Shown one piece after another: positions 40,193 through 53,516 of a stretch of DNA of 64,000 nt. This DNA is from Callorhinchus milii (taxonomy: Eukaryota): positions 91,080,001 through 91,144,000 of the forward strand of contig NW_024704743.1 in the NCBI RefSeq assembly GCF_018977255.1. The letters are read 5' to 3'. The notes under the pieces are model-generated. The model searched no databases. It was not told the DNA's origin and saw only the letters and a list, made by a program, of their open reading frames with translations. A program made the position numbers and the translations under genes. Position 1 is the first letter of the stretch. Every line of letters begins with the position of its first letter.

Positions 40193-42388
40193 CTATATTA
40201 AAGAAGGGTCTATATTATACCTTAATAATCCATAGTAACACAAGACCTGTGACATCTCACGCTATTTATTTTCACTGCTTGCCATCTTTAACCAGGTATC
40301 TGATAACATGCAGTGACTCAGCCTCAGTTATCAATGGCAACATATGTAAAACTGGATTGGAAGCATTGGACTTTAGGCTCTCAACATTTCACTACCCATT
40401 AACAGCATTTCAGCCACTCTAGTTTTTAGTTTAGTAAAATTCAGTAACCTACTAAACCCCAGTCAAACATGGCAACCAATAGCCAGGTACACAACACCTC
40501 TGACCTGATTCTGGCATCTCCATTGGTAATGGCAACAGCGAGTCTATCTTTAGCACATCCAAGAGCATTCAATGTAGTTTACCTCAATGACCAGGTCCCG
40601 AGAGACACAACCTAGCATTTCATCAAGCTTTGTTGATCCATTGGTTGCAAGCCTTCATTGAATGCTCAATCAACCAATCAATCAATCAATCAACATTCCC
40701 TACCATTGCCTTCGTATACCCTCATCATTGTGTGCACATTGCTGAGTAACAAGAGAATTATTATCATAAAATCACCATGCATCTTGCCTTTCCACTGACC
40801 ACAGCTTCCTTTCTCATATGATTGTACAGTTCTATATATTCGACTGAAAGATTACACAAACCCTGATTGTGATCACCCACTGTTTTTAAAATACAACAAT
40901 TAGCCTGCTTAAATTAAGTATTTTCACAAGAACATGAACAAAACTGAAATAATAATATAATTAGGTTCTTTAACTGGAATGAATTGTAGGCTCTGAATCG
41001 CATTAACACACATAAGATTAGTCACTGCTGTTGTCCTTTGAGGTTTGATATTTTTCATGTTGAGAAATAGTGAAAATGAATCGCTAAATTTTCTTCATAT
41101 CACCCTTAAATCTACCCACTTATTTTGAAATTCTTGCCCTATTCTCTTGATTGCAAACAATTCCTACATCGTAATGATAATCCTTACATTTGATATAGCG
41201 CGTTTTACATCTGGAGGACATGTCAGGGAGCTTGGTATTTTATACCCAATGCTTCAGTGATTAGGAATGGGGCTTTTCGAGTCAGGAGGACAAAACCAGT
41301 ATCCTGTTTATATTAACAAATTTTGAATACATACTTATTGAAATAACTTTAAATATTTAATGTATACAAGCATATATTTTGACAATATCCCAAAACCTTG
41401 AATTAAGTCAGAATTGTAATACATAAAATGTGGCACTTACGGTTTGAGCAGAGTAGCAAGCTGACCCTCTTGTTTGTTATAAGTCCGTCCAAGGTGCAAC
41501 TCTGCTGTCTGCTCAAACACCTAGTATTTTAACCCCTTTTATCTCACACTCACACAATGCACATTCATAGAGGTGATAATTTTCATGTAAATCAGGCCTT
41601 TTTCAGACAATAACATCCTTTAACAGTTCCTGCTACCTATGGGGTGTAAATGACCAAAACAATACCATACAAACAACCAAGACAACTTTCTGATAGACAT
41701 CAATCTCCATTCAAACAAGTATTCAATTGAAACAAAAACAGAAGTTGCTGGGAATACTCAGTAGGTTAGGCAGCATCTAGAGAGAAAGGAATGAATTCAA
41801 TTAAGTTTGCAGGTTCCCTGGTCATGATGTCACCACCGCCACAGACGTCCCAAAGCACTGAACAGGAACGTTTGTAAAGTGTGTGTTTGTGGATCACTAC
41901 CAATTTGTGCACAGCAATGTTTCACAAACAGCCATGAAGTGATTGATTTTTAGCTGGGGGATTGTTGGCAAGAAACTATGCCATGGGATCTTTAATGACC
42001 ACTTGAACAGGTAGATAAGACATTGGTTTAACATTTCACCTAAAGGACTGCACCTCTGACAATGCAGCATATCTCCAGCACTGTATTGGAATGTCATCTT
42101 AGAATATCTGGTTAAAGATCCCAAGCAGTTTTGAACTTATTTTGAACTTATTTTTTTTCTCTCTGCCTCAGTCCTGTACACCCAAAACAAATATTTTGTC
42201 ACAGCACAGATAGCCAAAATCATAAGTAGAGATCACAAGATAGGATTGCGATGAAGAAGGTCATTTAGTCCAACAATTTCCATCCTCTTTTTATTCACCT
42301 TTTTTTTCATTTTCACCACTGGAGTCCACCTCTCTGCTCCTGGCCTGAACTCCTACCATACAAGCACCGGTTGCCCTCCTATACCTTC

Positions 42389-43605
42389 TCAGGGCTCTGT
42401 CCTTGGTTCACTCCTCATCAATATATACACTCTCCCTCTTGGTGACATCATCCACAGACATGGGGTCAACTTCCACAACAAGCTCAACAAGACCCAGGCC
42501 CTCCTGGTTGGCTCCCGTCAGTACCTCCACACCTCAGGCACTGACAGCATCACCATCCAAGGATACATACTCCACCTTACTAATCCAGTCTGGAACCTTG
42601 GCATCTTGTTTGATCCTCAACTATCCTCTCTACCCCACATTCGTGCCATAACCCGCTCTGCCCTCCCCCACTTCTGCAATATCGCCCGGCTCTGCCATTG
42701 TCTCACACCACAGGCTGCCGAAACCCTCATAAATGCATTTATTATGTCGAGGCTTGACTATGCAAACTCCTTGCTTGACGGCCACCCGACTCCTCCCTCC
42801 ATAGGCTGCAGATCATCCAGAACCTGCAGCCCGTGTCCTCTCCAGCACTAGGCGCTGACAGATTCACCATCCATGGTTGCACACTCCACCTTGCTAAGCC
42901 AGTCTGGAACCTTGGCGTCTTGTTTGACCCTCAACTGTTCTTTCTACCCCACTTTCGCAACATCGTCTGGCTCTGCCACTACTCACCTCTTAGGCTGCCG
43001 AAACCCTCATTCATGCATTCATCACACCTAGGCTCGACTACCTCAACACCCTGCTTGTCAGCCTTCCCAACTTCTCCCTCCACAATCTGCAGATCATCCA
43101 GAACTCTGCAGCTTCTGTCCTCTCCCGCACCAGGCACCGTGGCCCCATCACCTCCACCCTCGCCCGGCTCCACTGGCACTCTATCCTGCAGAGGATAGAG
43201 TTCAAAATCTTCATCCTTGCCTTCAAAGTCCTCTATAGTCTTGCTCTTCCCTACCTCTGCAACCTCCTGACCCCATATCAACCTATCCGCTCCCTCCACT
43301 CAGCAGACTCTGGCCTGCTCCACATCCCCTACCTGGCCCACCCCACCATCAGCAGTCGGACTTTCAGCCTTCCTAACCGCACCCAATGGAATTCCATCCC
43401 ACAGTCTCTTCACCTCGCTCCCTCCCTTGCCTCTTCTCAAGGCCCTTCTGTTCGACTGAGCCTTCGGCCACCCTCCTACCCTCTCTGCCCTCCACCCTCC
43501 CTGATCCTGACTCCCATCTCGGGTCCAAATCCCTGACTGTCCCAGCACCTTGGGACATCCTCCCAATGTGAAAAGCGCTGTACAAATGTAATTTTGTATT
43601 GTATT
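42389..43605 (+). mobile_element. Composite L2 (two overlapping ORF2 pieces joined at ~42855) with 3' tail
   Basis: The segment NLG(I/V)LFDPQL..SRLDY occurs twice (about 42590 and 42905); stem-loop and tail at 43545-43605. Confidence 0.9.
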
Positions 43606-43685
43606 GTGTATACATCAACCAACAGCAACAACAACAACAACAAAATGACACTTGTAAAGCACTTTTCACATCAGGAGGAGATGAG

Positions 43686-44005
43686 GAGGTGCTGACGGGA
43701 GCCAATCAGGAGAACCTCGGTCTTGTTGACGTTCAACTGAAGAAAGTTAGCTCTCATCTAGGACTTGATGTCTGACAGACATTCTGTCAGGACAGCAGTG
43801 GTCCTGGAGTCAAAGGTGGAGGCAGAAAGGTAGAGTTGGGTGTCATCCACATACATGTGGAAGTTGACACCATGTCTGTGGATGATGTCACCAAGACGGA
43901 GCATATAGATGTTGAAGAGGAAGGGACCAAGGACAGAGCCCTGAGGAACACCACACGAGATGGTCCGGGGGCTAGAGGAGAAGCCATTTGTGGAGACAAT
44001 CCAAG
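43686..44005 (-). mobile_element. L2 RT-domain fragment
   Basis: CGVPQGSVLGPFLFNIYM..FHMYVDDTQLY translation. Confidence 0.92.
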
Positions 44006-44964
44006 TTGTCATCGTTCATGTGTGAGCCATGGCAGTGAGTGTCGGCAGGCCACTTGACTGTACAAGGCATTACAGCCAAGACTAGACTGGTTCTCCCTTC
44101 TCGTGGAGGCAATTTAGCCTGCCCATGTGGCCCAGGCTGAGACCAGAAACTGAGCAAGGCACAGGATTTGAACCAGTGAGCTCCTGGTCTGCAAGATGAA
44201 GTTTTTATCTACATTACCATCAGGGCTGAAGTACATTTTTTTAAACATTTGTTTAACGTAACACATGAGATAGATTCACATTCAAGTTCCCTCTCTTTGA
44301 GTACAAAAATCCAGTACAAAAACAGTCAACAGTGATCCTTGACTCTCAAACTCAGGCTGAGCGCAATTTATCCTATAACATTATTGACAATTTTATTTCT
44401 CACCCAGCCAGCCATGCTTTCTGAGTCAGACGCCCAATTTTGAGCCAATTAAGCATTAGGGTATTTTCTGGTGTGGATGCACACTTACTGTGCCCTCGTC
44501 TCAAGCTGCCAAACTTAATATAATTACAACCCTCATTTATTTCCTATTGATGAGGACAATGTGGTGGAGGTGGAGATGGAGGTGCAGGTCTTGGCCAGGG
44601 ACCAGATGTGGGGTAGGAAGGATAGCTGGGGATGGAACCTATATCAAACTTAAGGATAATTTTATTGTTAAAACAGTAATGATTGGATGCTAAGGAATAC
44701 ATATTTTCTATGAGTTTTCCAGAAAATCCATAAATATTTAAATGCTTTTACATATAATTATTATTTGAATGTAGAAATGCTGAAGGATATCTGAAGAACC
44801 AAATATACAGGCAGACTGTCAAACCCAAGGTAACTCCAGATACTTGAAAATGGAGCATATTAAACCCTAAGGGATTTTAAGTTGCTTTATTCACTAGATC
44901 CATCAGGCCATGGACTTTGTTTCACTCCACAAAGACGTAGCAACTCTCAGCATCTTTCTTGGAT

Positions 44965-45545
44965 ATATGATTATGGTATCAAAGTTTGTGGATGATACCA
45001 AGCTAGGATATGCAGTGAATAGTGAGGAGGAAAGCAAACGAATGAATGAGGACTTACACAGATTAGCGTAATAGGCAGATCAGTGGCAGACGAAGTTTAA
45101 TGAAGCAAAATGTGAGGTGATTTAGCAAAAATGAGCGAAGGGAGTATATATCGAATGACAGTATCTTGGAAGGAGCAGAGTAGCAAAGGGATTTATTTTA
45201 AAGTGTAGTGACTGTGTATTTTGTAGGCAAATATCAGATGAAAGGTTTTGGAGTGCAGGTGCATAAGTCCTTCAAAGTGAAGGCACAAGTGGAAAGAGGC
45301 TATGAAAAAGCTAATGGTATTCTGGGTTTTGTACATTGGGGCGTAGAGTAAAAAGTTAAAGCAATACTGCTAAGTTTGTACAAATCATTCATTAGGCCCA
45401 ACTGGAGTACTGTGAGCATCTCACTTCAGGAAGATGTCAAGGCCTTGGAGAGGGTGCAAAGGAGATCTACCAGGATTGTGAGGAGAGACAGCACAAGTTG
45501 GGTTGATTTTTATCAGAGAAGGTTGAGAGAGGACCAAATAGACGT
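44965..45545 (+). mobile_element. Degenerate CR1 fragment
   Basis: KFVDDTKLG, LYKSFIRP and ALERVQRR remnants with stops and frameshifts. Confidence 0.8.
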
Positions 45546-48500
45546 CAACAAATCCCCCAAATAAAATCAGTAACTCACTCCATGGCTGCTTATGGGACAT
45601 TCACTCACAACATACACTTCACAGTATATCCTGTGAAGTGCTTTGAGATGTCTCGATAACATGATAAAGCATTATATCAAATGCAAGGATTATTATTATC
45701 TTGTTGACAGGAGCTTAACATGTAATTACTGTCACGTGTAATGACTTTTTGTAAGCAAAAGGGGACAGTCATTTGTCGCAAAAAGTGTACCAGAAATAGA
45801 AGGACCAGGAAGGAACATATTGATTTATCTGTTAGCAATGTTAGCTTGGACACTGAAAGGGATCTCCCTTCTATTTTTGAGAAGTGTCACAAAATTTTTA
45901 ACGTCCAATTGAGGACAGACAGATAGGAACTCAGTTTAACATCTCATCTTATGAACTGGATCTCTGACATTGCCATGCTCTCCTGACATTATACTGGAGA
46001 TACAGAACTAGATTTATAGTAGAATCTCTACCTATTTTAAGTTGGCAAGTTTTACTAGTTTACTCTGAGACACAGTGTTCTCGTAAATAAGTGGGGTGAA
46101 GCAAGTGGTGTAGTGTGGAGAAATTTTAATGCTAACTTATCACCCGTAGTGCCTTGCTTCCCTGTTGCAAAGAACAACTACAAGATTTTTTACCACTCGA
46201 AGTTGTTCCTCCAACACTGTTCTCAGTGCTAATGTCTGCAAAGCCCCATCATACGTTTGACTGCTGGTGAGTGGGACTGGACATTTTGTTCAGTTAAAAC
46301 TTGCCATTTGGCAACACAACCCAATCTCATAGACAGTGTCATGGGGAGGAGGGGTTTCCCTCTGATACATCCAGGTAACCCGCAGGAATCTTTAAATCTC
46401 AATCCCGTGTAAATAAAATCACCCCTTTGCAGTTGGCAGTGAGGCGACATTTATTACCTGCCGTTACTGCCATCACCTTCTATCACTGCGATGAACGCTC
46501 CTCTATCTGCAAAGAAACCAGGGGTACAAAAACAAGTAGAACGGTACAAAAGGCGAGAGGTCACATCAAACGCATCATGAAATGCCGTCACTGTATCAGA
46601 AACCACCGGCTGAAAACAGAGATCCATCTACTCATTAACTGCCCACAGGTGTCATGCTTTTTCAAGAGCAATCTTTAAGGACTTCCAGAGAAAGCAAAAG
46701 AGAAAGAGGTACCAATTTAATGGCCATCAAGGGCGAGACAGCAACAAGTGCAATATTCTCAATGTATCTCTACTCCTTTTTTCAATCTCCATTCAGATTC
46801 ATTGCTCAATCCAGGAATACAATTGGGGTCAATACAAAATAACATTTGGCTTTGGTTTCCATCAGTAGCAGTGTCACCACGGAAATAACATTCATAGGAC
46901 TCTTATAACAAGAGAGAGCTGTGTGTAATAAAGGCCGTGATCAGGAAGTGGCACAGAACAATTTATCAGAGAAAAGAAAACAGAGGGCCTACTGTCAGAA
47001 ATCAAACCTAGTGCCTTCTGTGAGTGGGAAATAAATGATCAATGTCAAGATGAGAGGTTTTGGAAGTCAACTTGAGAACTTTCCTAAAATGATGGTAGAA
47101 CATATGAACTAAGCAATACTGTTTGTATTAACATCTATAACAATGCAATTGACTGTGTTTTGCCCCCAAAATGTACAGTCAATTCACTTTATAATAAATT
47201 CTGTGAAACTCATTGAGATGTCTCAACGAAGTTATATAGCACTATATCAAATGCAAGGATTATTATTATTACTATCATTATTATTCTTATTAATGCAGCA
47301 CACCCCCAGCACTGCAGTAATTTATTAACTGGTGTGTCCCCTCCTTTCCTCCTTTTCCTTTGCTTTTCTCCCTTTATTTAAACAGCTATTCCATGAGTGC
47401 CAATTGAAATCAATTTATAATTTACGATAATCTCTCCCCAGGATAATTTTCTAGAAATGAATTTAAATTGACATCTGGTTTTAGATGAATCATAACAGTA
47501 AATCCGCAATGCAGCCAGCAGCAGCTCAAGGTCAGATGCAGTGACTGACACAGTTGTGTATTTCCCTGGAGCACATCTTGCTTGGGAAATATAAACATTC
47601 TGCAAATGAGAGGGAGAGTGCAGCTGTGAGAGGTGATTCTTTGATCATTGATAACTATTACTGAACTTGCTCGGTGCGCTCCTTATTTCTCCTTTTAGTA
47701 TCTCTGGTTCACGTGTTTCCCTGTTTTATATGACAGGGAAGTAGATTTTAACTATTAAAGTCTTATGTACTATCAATTCAAGTATACCACCAGTGGCTGT
47801 CCACTTTGCTCTCAACCACAACAATTTATATTTATATCACAAATTTCACAATCATGGGAGGATATCACAAAGTGATTCACACAGCGAGCTGTGCACCTGA
47901 GCTGGAAGTGGTGGGAAAATAAGGGAAATCATCATTTTGTAATTAATGCAAATTAGATCCTAGGTTTATCCAATGCAAGGATTATTTTAAATAAAGAAAT
48001 AAAATAATCCTTACATTTTTCCAATTATTTTATAAATATATATATATATATATGTCAGCTGGTCTTACAACCCTTTTACTAATTCAGTTTAATCTCAGAT
48101 CTACTGCAAGGTTTACATCAATTTGCTAACTGGCCCTTTGCACACTAACAGCCTAAGGTTATGCACCATTACTCATAAATTCCTTTGCTGAAGGCATAGG
48201 AACATAGGAATTGCTAGCAAGGTCCATCTAGTCCACCATCCATCTTCTTGGTAGTTGCATGCTGCAATAATGGAGATGTTGATAGCAATTAATTCGGTAT
48301 GGATTAGTCATCTGCCCTTCTATTGCAGTACAGTATCATCATCGGCAGAGGTTTCCATCTGATACCTCAACCACGTGGCCAATATTCATGCAATGAGACT
48401 GACAGTGAGTGTTGGGAAGTTGTTCGATCATGAAGGTTATCACTGCTAAAACCAATCCCAATCCACACATCATGTAGAAGTGAAGACCAACCAAACACTG

Positions 48501-48573
48501 AACCCCTAAATCTGCATGGACCTCAGTCCTTCTGGTCTCTCGGGCTGAGTGGTGCACCCACTGGACTTTATAT

Positions 48574-48855
48574 GTCAGCCTCTCTCAGTTGGTAGCACTT
48601 TTGCCTCTGAATCAGAAGATGTGGGTTCAAGCTCGATGTCAGTCTAAGATGACACTGCATTGCAGTGCTGGGGTACGCAGTTTATTGGAGGTGCCATCCT
48701 TCAAATGAGATGCACGACTGTTTGTGGGACGCTGTTGTGAGCAATTGGCTGCTGCATTTCGCCCACAAATATACAGTCAATTCACTTTACAGTATATCCT
48801 GTGAAGCCCTTTGAGACGTCTAGAAGATGTGAAAAATGCTATATCAAATGCAAGG

Positions 48856-48887
<32 letters not shown>

Positions 48888-49000
48888 GTTACACTGGGGT
48901 CCTATCTGCCTGTTTGGGTGGATGCTAAAGATCCCATGGCACTATTCAAAAAGAGAAGGGAGTTTCTCCTGGTATCCTGGCCAACAATCCCCCAAATAAT
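48574..49000 (+). mobile_element. SacSINE1-like SINE interrupted by a second SINE 3' half (48712-48888) and abutting the CR1
   Basis: Head to gagatg at ~48710, then an inserted Deu core with (ATT)n tail, then the host resumes at ggggtcctatctgcc. Confidence 0.82.
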
Positions 49001-49004
49001 ATAA

Positions 49005-50085
49005 CATAACATGTAGGAGCAGGAGTAGGCCATTCGGCCCTTCGAGCCTGCCCCGCCATTCAATCATGGCTGATCTTCTAATCTAACTCCAGCTAATAAT
49101 CTGACCCTGCCTTATCCCCATATCCCTTAATCCCTTTTGCAATAAGAAATCTATCTCAGTCTTGAATATGTTCAAGGACTGAGCATCAACAGCCCTTTGG
49201 GGTAGTGAGTTCCATACATTCACTACCCTTTGAGTGAAGAAGTTCTTCCTCAACTCAGTGCGAAAGGGCTGGCCTCTGATTTTAAGGTTGTGACCCCTGG
49301 TTTTAGTTTCTCCAACCAGGGGAAACAATCTCCCACTATCTACTCTTTCATGCCCTTTGATGATCTTATAGGTTTCTATAAGATCCCCTCTAATTCTTCT
49401 ATATTCTAGAGAATATAGGCCCAAATTGGTCAGCCTATCCTCGTAACTCAACCCCTTCATCCCTGGTACTAACCTAGTAAACCTACGCTGCACCCCCTCC
49501 AAGGCAAGTACATCCTTCCTTAAATGAAGAGACCAAAACTGCACGCAGTATTCCAGGTGTGGTCTCACCAGGGCCCTATACAGTTGCAGCAAGACTTCCC
49601 TACTCTTATACTCTAATCCTTTCATAATGAATGCTAACATATCGTTCGCTTTTCTAATTGTTGCTGCACCTGCAGACTAACTTTCTATGATTGGTGTACA
49701 AGGACACCCACGGCCCTCTGGACGCTAACACATTCCAATCTCTCCCCTTCTAAAAAATAACCCGCTCTACTGTTTTTTCTACCTAGGTGGATGACTTTGC
49801 ACTTCCCTACGTTATACTTCATCTGCCACCTAGCTGTCCAATCATCTAACCTATCTATGTCTCGCTGCATTTTTTTTGTGTCGTCCTCTGTGTTGACACT
49901 TCCTCCTAGTTTTGTGTCATCCGCGAATTCAAATATATTAACTTCGATGTCCTCATCAAGATTATTGATGTAGATGGTAAATAGCTGAGGCCTAAGGACT
50001 GATCCTTGTGGCACTCCACTAGTCACATCCCGCCAATCTGAAAAGGACCCGTTTATCCCTACTCTTTGTTTCCTACCCAAACCCA
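49005..50085 (-). mobile_element. CR1-clade LINE 3' fragment (RT C-terminal part and tail)
   Basis: SGVPQGSVL..FADDTKLGG..LYRALVRPHLEYCVQFWS..FFTQRVVNVWNSLP; shark-type tail reading gagcaggagtaggccattcggccc on plus. Confidence 0.95.
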
Positions 50086-50403
50086 AACCCAAGGTGCTGG
50101 AGAATAATAAAACAAATACTGTATAAAATTGAAAGTTGAGTGTGTTGATGAGTCACAATTGTTTGGGAAAGTAATAACCATCACTCATAGGGACTTGCAA
50201 GCACTTAACACTTGAGTAGTTAAATGGTAAATGCCTTCAATACTGAAAAGATTACAATAGTTATGGTTTCTAATCATGCACAGTCTAAATGTGATGTGAG
50301 TCATAAGCAAGCATGGACTTTCTGCTCACTGTAGCTTTATTAATGAGCACCTTGAGGGCCTGAAGTGAAGTCTAATTTGTGGATTGTGCTAATCATGTTG
50401 TAT

Positions 50404-50662
50404 GTCAGCCTGGTTCAGTTGCTAGTACTCTCGTCTGTGTGTCAGAAAGTTGTGGGTTGCCCCAGCAAGCCCCACATCAGGAGTTTGAACTCATATCGTC
50501 TAAGCAGATGCTCCAGAGCAGTGCTGGGGGTGTGCTGCATTGTTGGAGGTGCTGTCGTTCAGATGAGACTTTAAACTGAGGTCCCGTCTGTCTGTTCAAG
50601 AGGACATTAAAAATCCCATGGCACTATTCAAAAAGAGAAGGGAGTTTCTCCAGTTTCCTGGC
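50404..50662 (+). mobile_element. SacSINE1-like SINE 5' part
   Basis: Head and middle match 12565 and 18688; cut by an L2 tail. Confidence 0.8.
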
Positions 50663-50674
50663 TAATGACAATAC

Positions 50675-51555
50675 CAACAATTTGCATTTATACATTGCCT
50701 TATACAGAACATCCCAACCTGCTGCACAGTCAAGGGCACCTGAGCAGGGGTTTGGATTTGGGAGGGGTGGGGTGAGATGGAAGATGACCGAAGGCGTGTC
50801 TAAGAGGAATTTATTGAAGGAGGCGAGGGAAGGGGTGAAGAAAAGTGATTCCAAGATGGACTTCCAGAGCTTGGGGCAAAGAGACTGAAAGCCCAACCAC
50901 CAACAGTGGGCAGGCAGGGCGGGAGACGTGAAACAGGCCAGTGCCTGCCAGGCAGCGGGAGCAGCTAGGTTGGTATGGTTTAAGAAGGTCACAGAGTATG
51001 GTGGGCAAGACCCTGGAGTGATTTAAAAGTGAGGATGATGATCTCTGGGGTATGTAGAGTCAATGGAGCCAGGCAAGGACAGGGATGATAGGCTCTTGGA
51101 GCCTGGTGTGGGAGTTCTGCATGGGCTCATAGGTTCATGGAACCAGCTTGTGGAAGAAAGAGTTGGGAGTTGGTATAGTGTAGCTTGGACATCATGAAAA
51201 CATGGATAAAGGTCTCAGCAGCCCGAGGGGAGAGATAGTGGTGGAGGGGGTAATGTTATGATGTTATGGGACGTCCTCCCGACATGAAAGGTGCTATACA
51301 AATCTAATTTTGTTGTTGTTATTGTTATGGAGGTCGGGGAACAGCTGAACAGGTCAAGGCACAGCTGTTTAAAGCTGAACAATTGAGTCGAACAAGACCC
51401 GCACGGGCTCTGTGAGGTGGAGTGTAGATCCATGTTAATTGTTGCAGTGCTGAAGTGAGATGGTGCTGATGGGAGCCAGGTAGGAGGGCCTCTGTCTTGT
51501 CGACATTCAACTGGAGAAAGTTAGAGCTCATCCAGGACTTGATATCCGACAGGCA
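50675..51555 (-). mobile_element. Degenerate L2 fragment
   Basis: MSSNFLQLNVDKTEALL and PKLWKS translations; tail at ~50675; interrupted at ~51266-51327. Confidence 0.8.
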
Positions 51556-52779
51556 AAAAAGAGATTAATTGGCTTTTTTCACTCCTACTCTTACAGTGCT
51601 AGTGTGCAAGACAAGTTCCAGATAACATCACAGGCTGCAGATTGCAATTACTCAAGAGTTCATAGAAATCAAGATAAAGGATAACATCATTATTTGCATG
51701 CCTCTAGTTTTACTTTCAGATGCAACAAGATATAAGATCAAGACGCCTTCCTCATCCAACCAACCTCTCTTGTTTCAAAGGGCAACTTTAGGACAGACAC
51801 TAGGAGGTATTTCTTTACTCCGAAGCTAATTAACTCTGGCTGTTTGTGCATCCTCGCCCTACCATTGCCACCGTCATTGGCTGAGCTTTCCAATCTATGC
51901 CCCTTAGCTTTGGAGGGAGCCGTGCAACTCCCTCCATTAATCCCTCCATCTCACCCCCTTTCTGTTTTCATCTCCCTCTGTAAACCCTACCTCTTTAACA
52001 GTACTTACAGTCAGCTCATTCCTTCCACTTCCATTCCCTCTTCCCCCCTCAGTGTCCACCCTGCCATTGTAAAGCCCTCCGAGGTGTTATTCTATATGAA
52101 AGACGCTACATAACGTTGCTGTTATAATAACAGGAAAAGGGTTATCAGGAAGGATGATTGAGGCCAGAACACTGGATCTATATAAAAAAATCAGCTTGAT
52201 ACTGTGGGGTGGCGATGGGGTGGGTATTCTAGAAGCTTGAAATCAAATGACTGAAGGACCTTCCTCATCCAACCTCTCTTGTGAACTCCAGCTAATGGCT
52301 CTAGTCTCTGCAACTCTGAAGAAGGCCCAAAATTCCAAAGTGTCAGCTTTTGAGACCACTTTGTCTTAAAATTTTATCCCACACAAGATTGTGGAATTTT
52401 CTTAAATTCAGTCATAATTCAAAAGGTGGCTGCAGTAGTCAGACAGACAAGCAATAGTTTATGGCAGTATTTGACCAGCCTGTCAAGCTTATGAAAATAT
52501 CAGCATATCGTGTGGTCTTAGTTTCACATGGTGTGAGTTTACATTTCCCTGAAGGTGTTCTAGCCGTGCTTATGTCAGACGTAACATTAATTCTTTAAAA
52601 ATAGACCATTAATAAAATTTATTTTGTTACATGCACACACACACACATACAGAGTCATGGCATTGCAGCATTACTGACTGCATTTGTATAAATGTGGTGA
52701 AATAATGAAAGACTGAGTTAAAACAATTCCCTGGGAAGGGAAGAAATCTACTGAATGAAAATCCATCAGCCTTTAAAAG

Positions 52780-53516
52780 TTCTGTTCGACCCTGAGCTGT
52801 CCTTTCTTCCTCATATCCGTGCCACAACTGACACTGCCTTCCATCACCTCCAAAACATCGCCAGACTACGGCACTACCTCACCCCTCACGCTGCTGAAAC
52901 TCTGGTCCACGCCTTTATCACCTCAAGGCTGGACTATGGGAACTCTCTCCTCGGCGGCCTTCCCGGCACCTCCCTCCACAAGCTGCAGGTCATTCAGAAC
53001 TCTGCAGCTCGTGTACTGTCCCGCACCAGGCTTCGCGACCACATCACTCCCACCCTCGCTCGCCTCCACTGGCTCCCCATCCCCCAGAGGATCGAATTCA
53101 AGATCCTCATCCTCACCTACAAGGCCATTCACGGCCTCGCTCCCTCCTACCTCTCCGACCTACTATCCCCCTACTTACCTGCATGTACCCTCCGTTCCTC
53201 TGGCTCCGGTCTGCTCCACATCCCCCGCCCCAACCGCCCTATCATTCGGTGGCCGGGCCTTCAGCCTCTCAGCCCCCAGGCTCTGGAACTCTATCCCCCA
53301 GTGCCTTCACCGCTTCCTCCCTTTCCTCCAAGGCCGGTCTCAAGACCTTTCTCTTTGACCGTGCCTTCAGCTCCCCTCTCGACTCTCTACCCCCCCCTCC
53401 TCGCTCCCTTCCCTCCCCTCACCCTGACCCCCCTGCTCGGGTCTTGAACCAACTGTCCAGCGCCTTGGGACGTCCTCCCGACGTGAAAGGCGCTCTATAA
53501 ATGGAATCATGTTGTT
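52780..53516 (+). mobile_element. Young L2 3' fragment
   Basis: LFDPELSFLPHI..AFITSRLDYGNSLL..LHWLPIPQRIEFKIL, nearly intact; stem-loop and TTG tail. Confidence 0.95.

Noticed and set aside
49083..50092. 185-aa and 135-aa ORFs as genes
   Set aside because: Both are CR1 ORF2 fragments separated by a frameshift.
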